A DNA stretch of 64,000 nucleotides, from the NCBI RefSeq assembly GCF_009914755.1, contig NC_060930.1. The stretch is one strand, 5' to 3'. The notes under the pieces were generated by a model. That model saw nothing but the letters and a program-made list of their open reading frames with translations, had not been told where the DNA came from and made no database searches. Below, piece after piece: positions 1 through 12,047 of the stretch (within the stretch, counting starts at the first letter, position 1; each line of letters opens with the position of its first letter). A program made the translations under genes and the position numbers. Source of the DNA: the human T2T-CHM13v2.0 reference genome, Homo sapiens.

Positions 1-1099
1 TTATTAAAATGACATCTGGATACTTAGAAAAGGAAGACACAATTTTGTAGACATGAACCACAATTCACTAAGTAGTCATTTCCTTTGTTTTTTGACAATA
101 TTACAGTAGAGCAAAGACATCCAATAGACAAAGCTCATCTGCTGTCTGTTTGGAGCTGCATCTAGGCGTAAGGGGTCACTTTTTCCTAATCCTTCAGCTA
201 AGGTGAGAGTGGGGATACCTTTTTCTAATTCTTACAAAAGTGCCACATACCCATGTACACAGGCTGCTACCCTGGGACAACAGACAAAAATAGGACAAGG
301 TAACATGTGGGTCCTCAACTGATAAGAATGTTCATCAGTAGCATTCAAATCCAGTGTCGGTTGGCAGAGGAAGGTACCTGAGAATGAGAACTTAAATGAT
401 GGCATGGCATACAGACCGGATTTACAGAGGTCATGAAATTGAGAGGTGGAATTACTCAGTTATATCAATGATACCCAATATGTCAACAAGCTAAGAGGCC
501 TAATTTAACACAATAAAATTCAGTAGAATCACAGGTAAAGTGCTGAACACTGCATTGAGTGTAGTTGTTTAGTTCAGTGATTCTCCAACTAAACTTTTAA
601 CACTTTAAGGTTTTATTTGGTAGATTGTAATATGGAGTCAGCTGGGTAATATTGCTGCCATGGAAGCTCCAAGGATATACTTAGGGAAATACAGTAATTA
701 CAACAAAGCCATTAAACATCTTTCTAGTTTGTCACTTGGGTGAAACCTTGAATTCAATTCTTGGCATCAGGGTTTGAGAGAGATGTTGGCAAAGTAAATC
801 TCCTCCTGAGAGCTTTCCTAATGGATGAAGAAAAGCTGATGGAGTTAATATGTACCCAGGTAAATTGAAGTATTCTCCTGTGGAATCAAGGCTAGGTGTA
901 TCCTGTAGATTCCAGAGAGCAGAATAGCAGATCTGTTGAGACTTACTGTAATGGGGTGGGCGGGGGCGGGGGGACGGGGGGGGGGCTTTGCACAAAGTGA
1001 ATGTCATCCAGAGGCCAATTCGCAGGTCACTCAAAAGCAAAATTGTGGGGGGTGTGAGGGTAAAGGGGAGCAAATGACAGTCAGTACTACCTCCTTTGA

Positions 1100-1281
1100 A
1101 GAATTCTCAATCCTGGTTGTACATTGTGATCATCTAGGAAGAGATTTTAAAATGCAGATGCTGATGCTTAGACCCTAACCTCAGAGATTCTGATTTGTTG
1201 TTCTTGCGTGGGGGTCCCCATTGGAAAGAATTTATTACAGCTCCCCTGCTGATTCTAAAGTTCTAGGTTGGAGAATCACTG
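1100..1281. mobile_element. MER5A-like DNA transposon fragment
   Basis: ttctcaa...aaaatgcagatgc...agagattctgattt...ttgagaatcactg-like end. Confidence 0.55.
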
Positions 1282-1858
1282 AACTAGACTACTACTTGCT
1301 GAGAGGTTACGTAAATTAAACCAGATGTTTTTTCTAAAGTCTCTTTCAAATTTGAGAAGATAAATGGAAATTAACACTTACGGATTACATAATACAGCTA
1401 GACACTTTCACAATTTATTCTAATAATTGAATTAGTATATGTAAATCTCTTAGCACAGTGACCGTCTGATATGGTGTAGTAAACTCTCAATAAACATTAG
1501 CTATTTTTATTATATCCTCTCCATAACTGTTCAAACAAGGTATTATATTGTTACACTATAGATGAGGAAACTGAGGTTCTGATGTTAGTTTTCCAAGGCC
1601 CACAGTAGTAAAAGCAAAGTTTGGATTTGAACCAAAGATTAGTTCCAGTTTCCAGAGCCCTCTTCTCTCCTCGACAGGCCTTCCCTAAAGCATCAAGAAG
1701 TTTATGCAAATTAGTGGTTTACCTGAGTGAACATTTAAAAAATTTAATAGTACCACTTCCTCTTGACCTGTTTGTAAGGAGTTCCTCTTAAATGCAATTT
1801 CTGAAAAAGAGAAGCATAAACTGAGACATCCACATTTTTTCCTTATTTGGCCAAATAG

Positions 1859-1961
1859 AAGTGAGAACCTCTGAGGATAGAGGAATTGGATGGAGGTGCC
1901 CTTCAGAACTCATGGAGAAAAGCACTGCTCCCAGTAAAATATCTCTCATTCTAATGAATGG
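1859..1961 (+). other. Candidate alternative upstream DSE exon ending ATGG|gtaagt
   Basis: Perfect donor gtaagt at 1962; possible acceptor ttttttccttatttggccaaatag at 1858; ATG 1958 is in frame with DSE if spliced to 31234. Confidence 0.5.
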
Positions 1962-2959
1962 GTAAGTATCCTACAAATCTTTCACTTCTGTACAATCTAG
2001 GTCTGGTAGGTTACTTGCACACACTGGGTGGAGGTGGAAGGGGCAAAGTATTCCTGAGGTGATGGCCCTGATCCTACCTCACATCTCCTTGGGGCCTGGT
2101 TGGACCTGGCTGAGCGTGTTTGAGCAGTGGCTGATTTTTGGAAAACAGGAGGACTCTTCTCCAGGAGGCTGTGACTACCAAGGTTGCAAATGCTCCACCT
2201 GAACTTGGGTGCATGAGGGATCTCTCTCTCTCACACACACACACCCCCCCACCGCGTAAGATAAATTTCTGTTTGTGAGCTGCCTACATTAAATGCTTTG
2301 CTCCTGACCTTCTGTGATTAAAATCTGTTCCGTTTGCAGGGTTCGGTGCGCTTGGATTTAGTGTATTTTGTTGGTACAGTAAAAAAGAGAACTGCTTCTC
2401 TATAGGTGACCCCCGCCCCAAAGTCCCCCCTCCCACTAACTTCTCTTTGAGAAGAGAGTAAAACCGAATTCGAGAGAAAAGAGGCAGTAACTATTCGGGA
2501 GGAGGCAGACTGGAGTGGGCACCAGTCCCGGTAGTAAGAGTCTTAACGTCTTCCTCGCTTTCCTCTCGCAGAGTAGTATGGAAGCATCAGCTCCTCCCCC
2601 TGGGCCTCCAAAAGTTACCTTTCCTTTGGGTGTGATTCTCGAACCCGAAGCGTTTGAGTCCTAAGAAACTAGAACAAGTTAGAGCCAAAGAGGCCTGGCG
2701 GGCGGGGGTGCGGGTGGAGTCCGGGCCGGGTGGCGTGGAAGGCCGAGCACAGCTGCGAGCGGCGAGTCCCGGGAGAGGAGGAGCGGGAGAAAGCGGGGCG
2801 GGCCTGCGGTCGGGGTTCGGCCGGGGGAGGGGGTCCCCGTTTCCCTCTCCTCATCCTCGTCTCCTCTGGCTCTGGTGACGTTGCGGTTTCCTCCCCCCTC
2901 CAGCGGAGCCTCAGCGCCCGCCGCGTCCCTCCCTCCGCCCCTTTCGCCCACACCTACCC

Positions 2960-3155
2960 GCCCCCGCCGGCCCGGCTCTCAGTAGCGTCGCCCGAGGCTG
3001 CAGCAGCGCATCCCGGGGCATGGCGCGGCGGGGGCGCGGAGGGCTCGGTTCGGAGGGGGCCGGGAGCCCGGGCGCCCTGGAGTGAGGAGGACCGGGAGCT
3101 GGCTCTGGAGGCTGCGGAGGCGACGCCGGAGAGAACGAAGCCTCGGCTGGGAGCG
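2960..3155 (+). other. DSE: Non-coding first exon (5'UTR) of DSE; start approximate, 3' end exact
   Basis: Consensus donor GCG|gtaagt at 3155/3156 inside the CpG island; the TSS cannot be fixed from sequence alone. Confidence 0.8.
3020..3085 (+). promoter_or_regulatory. uORF1 in exon 1 (MARRGRGGLGSEGAGSPGALE*)
   Basis: ggcATGG strong Kozak context at 3020, TGA at 3083-3085. Confidence 0.6.
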
Positions 3156-4220
3156 GTAAGTGGAGGGGCGCGCAAGGGACGAGCTGGGGCGCGCGGCGCA
3201 ACTTTCTTCGGGAGTTTCGGGCGGGTAGCCTTCGGGGCTGTCCCGGCGCGGGCGGGAGACGGAGAGCCACGTCCCCGGCTGAGAGCGGAGCGCCGCGGGT
3301 TGCGCGCCCGGGCCCGGCTCGGCTGGACTCCGAGAGAGCGCCTGACGCGTGAAGCCTGAGCCACGGGCTTCCCCGGCGGCGGAGCAGCCTCGAGGGGCAG
3401 CTTTTCGATCCTCCCCACCCCCTTGAACGCCGAGCACCGAGCCGGGAACACGATGAGAACCTGGAGATCGCATTCCGTGCGTCGGATCTGGCCGGCCCAG
3501 CCGCGATTTCCTCGACGGTCCTTGGGGCCTCGGCTTCACTCTGCGGGGTTGGGTGGCACACCCTCGCGTCCTCCTTTCCCTCCGTACCCCAGCCATTTGG
3601 GGGCAGGGGAGGTGGCGGCGGCTTGTGTGCAGATCCTGGCGCTGGCAACCCTACTTTGCGGCTGCGGAAGCCGAGGAAGAGCTCCCCAAGCCTCTCCCAG
3701 ACGCTGGATTCCAGCGCTCCTGGGCTCCGCCGGCACTCGGAGAAATTGTTAGTAAACCTCATCCCCGAGGCAGTCCCGGGGAGGGGAGGAGGCGGGGGCT
3801 TGACTCACAGACTGGGAAGCTCTGAAAGCGATGCCACATGGGCTCAAGATCTGTCGGGGCTGGAATCTGAGCTAAGTTTGTGACCTGAGAACTTTTTCGT
3901 TTATATCGCTCCTTTAAAGCAGCAGCCTCCTCTTAAGCCGGCTGGCATTCAGATGGAAACCGAAGCCTTTGGTTAAAATCAGGAGGTGAACCTCACTTAC
4001 CTGAAATTCTTTAGGTCAGGCAATGACGCTTTTAGTTCTAGGAATCTTCGTGTAATAAAGTTCTTTTTAAAAATTTTTTCGTTGGTCATGGTTTAGAAAG
4101 TCATGGTTTAGCACTGTTAATTAAATGCATGAAAGATCTCACTTATACATATTTTTAGTATTTTTCACATTATAGAATTTAAACTTTAAGTAATTCCCTC
4201 AAGTTTTTAAAAAATTTCTC

Positions 4221-4524
<304 letters not shown>

Positions 4525-5104
4525 CTATGTGAAATAGTGATAAACAATATTGTATAGAGTATTCTAACTATATTACTAAATGGGATCACAAAAAACCTAA
4601 TGTGCATGGAAGAAAATAAAATATAGGATTATCTGAGTATTTGTTTCATGCAAATACTTAGATTTCTGTATTGTGACCTCTTCCTTTGACGGTCACGATA
4701 CAGATATAAGTTCTTTTCTGAAGTATGTAGGTAAGGTCTGTTCTAGTAAAAATGGAGAAGATAACAGATTGAATTTGATGTCTCCATCACCTAGTGACCC
4801 GTCTGTGTGGGTTCAGCAAAAAGTGCAAGATAGTGCTGGTTACCTAGGTTACATACACAGGTATATGAGATCAGCCTTAGCTCTCTTGGAGCTGCTAATG
4901 TAGAACCTGAGAAACATCAATAAGCAGCACTTCCTAAGTTTGAGCTTGGGAAGAGTTATTTTTCATTGACTAGTATATGACGTCAGTATCAGTTTTTATG
5001 AAGTTTTAGTTAAATAAAAACACTGGCCTAAAAAGTACATTCTGACAGTTTAAAAAATACTGAAAGTACAGTCACCAAGTGAAGGGGAATTAAAAAAAAA
5101 AAAG

Positions 5105-5469
<365 letters not shown>

Positions 5470-6042
5470 TCAATACTGCTAGATTGAGGCTGTCCTTCCT
5501 GATCTTGGGGACCTGTTGAAAAAGCACTGGGTGAGACATCAACTAGGTTTGCTATGTGAGATCAGGACCATCTTAGTGACTAATGTTTGTGTGTACATCT
5601 GCTTTAGTATTTACGAAATTCGTTCAGAAACAAGCTAATACAGTTCCTTTCAATGAGATTTTATGGGCTGTCCGGTTCAATATCTCGCAGTGCTGCCCTG
5701 AGAGGACCTGGTGGTCATCCATGAGATGAAGCTCTTAACTTCGCAGATGCTTCCCAGTGCCTCGTTATAGTCTCTTTTTAATTTCTGAAAAGGTGCTTTA
5801 AGATCACTGATGAAAGTGCATTTTGCGATTAAACAATAAAATATTTATACATTTCTTAATGTTATTTGTGATACAATATTTTGGTATTTATTTATACTTG
5901 CCTTGGATCACACTGTGTTGCATGAAAGAAATTGCATGATTTTCACTCAATAGTATTATTTCAATAAATAATTGTAGAGAAAAAAAGAAAAAATATTTAA
6001 ATTTGAGTTTTAGTATATTGGTAATCTTTGTTTTCAAAAAGG

Positions 6043-6264
6043 AACTCCCAAAAGACTAGCATTTTGTGGTTGTAGCATATATTAAATATTACATAACCTG
6101 AAACTGTCAAAGGATTTTTACCTTTACCGATTGTGTTGCTTACTTCTGCCATGTGTAGGCAAGCTCCAACCTGTTGAGGGTGTGGATTCCAGATCCTCTT
6201 TCAGAAGAAACTCCCAAAAGACTAGCATTTTGTGGTTGTAGCATATATTAAATATTACATAACC
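6043..6264 (+). repeat. 56-bp perfect direct repeat (6043-6098, 6209-6264) enclosing a 95-bp copy of 8332-8426
   Basis: Base-by-base comparison. Confidence 0.95.
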
Positions 6265-6564
6265 ATTAGCATACTTGAATCATAAATATAGTAAATATTA
6301 TCCTTTTTCACCACCCCACTGCCCCTTCCCCAAATAAAAAAAGAGAAATACTGTTACTGACTTAGGATGTGTTTGTGGCAGGCCTTTGAGGAGAGCCAGA
6401 ATCTGTGGTAGAGGGAACTTCATTATAGTGGATACTATTATTCTGTTTGCTGAGGGGGCTGGATCTTTACTATTTTGAAGGAGTGGGTAGGGCACCTGAA
6501 GAGATTTAGTGACATAACCCTACTAAAAGAATGTGCCTGAGAAGAGGATAGGACAGTTCTTAAA

Positions 6565-6981
6565 TGCTTACTCTATTTCCTATTGTTTATAACAGAATAC
6601 TTGAATCTGGGTAGCTTAAGAAGAAAAGGAATTTATTTTTTACAGTTATGGAGCCCAAGTCCGAGGTTGAGGGGCTGCATCTGGGGAGGGCTTTCTTGCC
6701 GGTGGGGACTCTACAGAGCTCCGAGGTGATCCAGGACCTCACATGGTGAGGGAGTTGTTCATGCTAGCTCAGGTTTCTCTTCCTGTGAAACTATCAGTCT
6801 CATTCCCGTGATTACCCATGAATCCATTAACCTATTAATCCATGAATGGATTAATCATTCATGAGGGTAGAGGCTCATGACCCAATCGCCTCTAGGTCCT
6901 ACCTTTCAATACTGCCACATCCACATTGGAGGTAAAGTTTCAACATGAGTTTTAGAGGTGGCAGTTATTCAAACCATAGCA
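6565..6981 (-). mobile_element. MaLR LTR (MST family)
   Basis: Ends in ttcaaaccatagca (reverse complement of TGCTATGGTTTG); MST-type 'ttcaacatgagttt' and 'ttaatccattcatgaggg' motifs. Confidence 0.75.
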
Positions 6982-7381
6982 AATATGTTAAGGTTTTCTC
7001 ATGGGATTATGTTATCTTCCCCTATAGTGATTGCTAGAATAAAACTCTCTGGGAGCACCAAATTACCAGCAAATGTTTGGGTGACACAGCAAAATTCTTT
7101 ATACCTCAAGTTGGTGCCCAACATGGCAATGAGGCAAGTTATATATAAGCCCAGAGTACTGAAAAGGAAAATTATTTTCCTATGAAATTCATATGGTGAA
7201 TTAGAATGGGAAGTAGAGATTAAAATCCCAAACTCTTGAGGTGTACTGATCGATGTACCATTTGATGATAACAATAATGAAGAATGTATGTTTCACAAAG
7301 TCTTCTCAACTCTAATGCCCCATTCTAATAGGAAATATGCTTTTAAAAATTAAACTGTTCATTAATTGGATAGTATGTTTA

Positions 7382-7579
<198 letters not shown>

Positions 7580-10500
7580 CTATCATCTCACTTTAGTGTT
7601 TCACAACTTCTAGTTATGTATAGAAGAGTGGCTTGATTAGTTGATGCTGAAGTCTTGCAGAAAAGAATCAAACTAGAAAGAGAAATACAAGGTATTGTGC
7701 ATAGGATAGCAGGACCATTACTATTAGTAAACTCTCACTTATAAATTCATATGCATTTAGAGAATTGCCGTAAAGGAAAATCCCTGAACATACATCTACA
7801 TAAATACTTGCATTTTGAAATTGCCCAGTACTTTTAACTTTTTTTTCAAAGAATTCAAATATTTTAATATTTTAGTGTAGTAGAAATGGACAGTGATATA
7901 GAGCTAGTGTCTTACCCTCATTTTAGGGGTATGGAAATGGAAATACTAAAGGTAAAAGACTTGTCTTTCATTTTCAAGTCATTAGTGGTATACCTTAAAT
8001 AGAAGATTAACTTAAATTACACATTTAATCCTACTTTTATCCCTTGTGACTCCAAATTCATATTATTAAAGACTCTAACATTTTATTTTCCTGTTGTCTA
8101 CTTTATTATCCCTTTTACTACTCACTACTCCTCATGAACCATCAGCTCCCTAAAATGCTTATGTGCTTCCTAGACTAATGTAACTGGCTATTTACAGACC
8201 CCCTTTCCGCAGCCCCGTCCTCTTCCACTTCTCTCTATCTCTTCTCATGCCTTCTGAGGATTCCATTGTGGGGCCACTTCTAATTCCTGCAAAGCCCTGG
8301 GCCGATTGCTCAGTTCTCATTAGCTGGCTTCAGGATTTTTACCTTTACTGATTGTGTTCCTTACTTCTGCCATGTGTAGGCAAGTTCCAGCCTGTTGAGG
8401 GTGTGGATTCCAGATCCTCTTTCAGATGCCCAGAAGAGTATAAACCTGCTGGAGGAAAAGTGTTCAGAGAGCCTGTTAGAGATCACAAAGAAGAAGGGAA
8501 TGATTTTAATTTGGAAAGAGAAGAAAAGATTATTGAGGCGATCTGTTTATTTCTTGAATGGAGTAGTTTGTTCAGTCTTTAATTCAGAATAACATATGAA
8601 ATTTAATGTGTACTGATTACCACTGGATTTCCTTCTGTTTGCTTCAGCTCCCTTGGAATATTTTGTAAACATGATTTTGGTAGTGTTATCATTAAATGTT
8701 AGTAAATAAGTCCTGAAAGAACAGAATTTGCCCTTCAGTAATATGTAGAAGCTATGAACAATACTGACAAATAAGCATAATTTGCTTTGGCATTTTATAT
8801 TTGGGAATAGTTATACCTATTAGGTAAGTGTAGTCTTGTTAGAGAAAATATAACAAAAGACATATAGGCAGTTGGCTTTCAATTACATATATGTGACATA
8901 TCCATTGTAGATTATTTATGTTCATCTGCTTTGTCCAAGACAGAGTCAGAAAGAGTTTGCAACTGAATGTATGTGTCTGCATGCCAACCCCCACCTTTTG
9001 AGTTTTATTTCTAGACTTAATAGTTTCTCTCCTCTCAGTGCGAACGATAGCAGAATAATCATATAGAAATCCCCAGTGTGTGTATAAATTAGCATTCATG
9101 CTCTTTTAGTAGAAATTGAATAGGTATACAGTCAGTTTAAGAAGCTGTCCTTTAAATCTTTCCATTTGAAATATTCGTAGAGTTTTAAAGTTGTGTTTGT
9201 TGCTTAAGTCAGGGCTTTGCATTTTTTATCATGCATAACAATAACAAACTTAGCTACTAAATAATAGGCATTTAATGCGTACAAACATTATACCGCAACA
9301 AAGTTGAATCAGTACTTCCTAACTTTTAAAAAGGAATTTGTAAAGGAAATAGGCTCACCAAGCTTGTGGGTCTGTAATGTTTTTATTGATGAAGTACGAA
9401 GGCAATATATCAGCCTTATTGTTGCTGTCAAATGGCTGTTGCAAGAAAAATGATGTTTGTTAGCAGTTCCTGAAGTAGGTAGCAACATTAGTGTTGTGTA
9501 AGTTTTTTTTTGTAAAATGCAGTAATCTGCAGATGATGTCGTGAATCCATATACATTGCTCATTTAAAGAAATAACTGACTAGAAATGGACACTTGTTTA
9601 TAGAGTAGTCCTTTAGACTGGGGTACTGAAAGGGATTTCTAGAATTTTTCAGTTTTAGAAATGAGAAATGACAGTTTCTGTCACTGAGAAAATTGCCTCA
9701 GTGACAAATACTCAGGAATTTCATGATAAAAATCAGTAGGTCATTTAAAAATACTTTACACCAAGGTGCACTCAATATCCAACACGGTGTAGAGCAGTAG
9801 TGAAGACCAAGGTACCCGCTGTAATACAACCTTGTTTACCTTCTAGACAGTTCTGACTAAACTTTTATTCTTGAAGCTGTGCTATTTTTGTCATTTTAAT
9901 ATATGTGAGGACAGACTATATCCAATGAATTTCTAGAATTTCACAAATTCTGGGGAAAAATCTTTTCCTGGGACCTTTGCAGTTTGATGATATCATTCCA
10001 GGTGGTATGAATGGGGGCAGGCTCACCAACCCCATGGGTAATCAGACTTGGGCCAACTGGATTTTGGAATCACCTGCAGTGTTTACATTTCTCCCAAGGA
10101 GGGTAGGGACCTGTCAGGAAGGAAAAAAGTAGCCTGAAAGGGAACGTTGAACAGCTGTTTTCCATCTTCCCTGAAGAAAAGAAGGGGGAAATTAACTTAA
10201 AGCAAGCATCAAGAAGGATTTATGGTAAATACAGGGAAGTTTTTCTGAATGCTTTTATCCTTTAGGATGGATTTCTGAAAAAGGCCTTTGAATTCTTTTC
10301 TGTTTAGAAAGGTTTAAATGGGGTTGCCTTGAAGGGATGTTAAATTTATCTTCTGGGGCTCTAATTTATGACTTCTGCTTATTTAAAGTTGAAAATCTTA
10401 GAAATTAGAAATGATTTAAATATGTGAATATAGAAGAAAATATTTTAATGTTTTACATAGAAGATGCCTTTACATTTTCTACTTGGTATTTTTATAAGAA

Positions 10501-12000
10501 CAAAGTATTTATTGACTGGTTAAATATTGATCATATATAAGATCAATCTTTCATTGAGGTAAACATTGCAAAACTCCTCCATCCCCTGCTTAATCTGTTT
10601 TCTCCCAAACAGGTCATTTTTCCTCCATATTTCTCTTTTTTATTTTTAAAAATTTTGAAGAAACATTTAATTAATAAATATCTATATTCCAGGTATACAA
10701 CCTAAGTATTTGATATTCATATGCATCATGTAGTGATTGTCACAATCAAATTAATTAACACATCCATCACCACCTTACTGTACCTTAAGTCCCCACCCAC
10801 ATTTCTTTTTTATTCTAGATAACCTTGTTTTTTTTAAGTCTTGTCTTTTACCATTCTCTACATCATTTTCTATGGTAGAACCAGACTGGTAGTGAGAGGG
10901 AAAGGATCTCAGTGGTTGCATGAATGTAGGGGGCATTCATCAGTCATGTGATTAAAATATGGGTGTTGCCCATGTAGGAAAGAACCTGGAAACTTCTGTC
11001 ATACCATGCTTCTTATTGCAGTGTTTATGGTTAAAAACAATAATGGTGTTTTTATAAATAGAATGCTAACTTTATTTTATTTTGTTAAGAAGATGCAATC
11101 TCCAGCAGAATTGATCCCATGGTTTTAGGCCTGTGGTTCTGTTTTTTTCTCAATATCAAGATTAGGCTTATTGAAATTAAGATAGAAGTATCTTAAAAGC
11201 AAGATCATTTTGATGCAGCATAAGGTGTTGGAAAATGCACTCTGAGCTGATAATGGGTCAGTGGGCTTGAAGGATGCCAAGAAATGGAGCTCAGCAAAGT
11301 TAATGTCTTAGGCATTTCGAGTTCTGTTTCAGGTTAGTCTTATAGACTATAGTTTTAAAGCAATTTCAAAATACTTTTCAAAATTACCTTTCTCAAAAGA
11401 AACTGATTCTTGGGAACATTGAAAACCTCCAAAGTTATCTTAGGTAAGAATGTCTTTTGCTGGCCCCTTTAGTTTCCAGATTACTCCTAGTTCTCTTCCT
11501 CCTCTATCTTTACTTTAATTCTTCCGTAAGTTAGAGCTTTTGGTTTTAATGAGAACCCAAGAGAAATAGGGAGCAAAACAGGAATTGATCTGTTGCTGTT
11601 ATGCAAGTTCAGTTTATTCCTTCTTAAACTATTTTGTGAAAATTTAAGATCCACCTTTTTTTCTAAGGAAACAAGTATTGTTCAGGGTGGATTCATCCCA
11701 TTATCTATGTGCTTTGTTACAGTCCCAAGATATTCACCATTAAAATTTTTAGACTTCATGTGGCTTGCATAGAATTATTCTGTGTAAAATTTAAATTAAG
11801 AAATGTCATTTGAATGTCTGCTGTGGTAACTTTAAAAGTTGAATTTCATCTCAACTTGTTAAATTTCATCTTGCAAATTTCAGATTGTTGGACCACTTCC
11901 AATATCTCTTTCTTAAGAAAGGTTATGTATGGCAGTATTTAGACTACAAATTGCCATAAAATCATAAACCCTGCACATAAGGAAGTGGAGTTAGTGGTGT

Positions 12001-12047
12001 TAGGGTGGTTATATTACAGATCCTAGGGTGGTTATATTACAGATCCT
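12001..12047 (+). repeat. 23-bp perfect tandem duplication
   Basis: tagggtggttatattacagatcc x2. Confidence 0.95.

Larger units (their letters stand above)
2650..3800. promoter_or_regulatory. DSE: CpG island / DSE promoter
   Basis: Abrupt GC- and CpG-rich block with many GGGCGG/CCGCCC GC boxes, no TATA box, surrounding a first-exon donor site. Confidence 0.93.

Noticed and set aside
2654-3883. Many overlapping long ORFs (up to 283 aa) on both strands
   Set aside because: Expected in a stop-poor CpG island; Arg/Gly/Pro/Ala-rich with no recognisable domains
6043-6264. Repeat-spacer-repeat layout reminiscent of CRISPR, with the spacer matching a distant site
   Set aside because: Only two 56-bp repeats, a 110-bp insert, a mammalian intron and no cas genes; explained by templated insertion
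6815-6866. Palindromic-looking atgaatccattaa...ttaatccatgaatggattaatc cluster
   Set aside because: Lies inside an MST LTR whose consensus carries this motif
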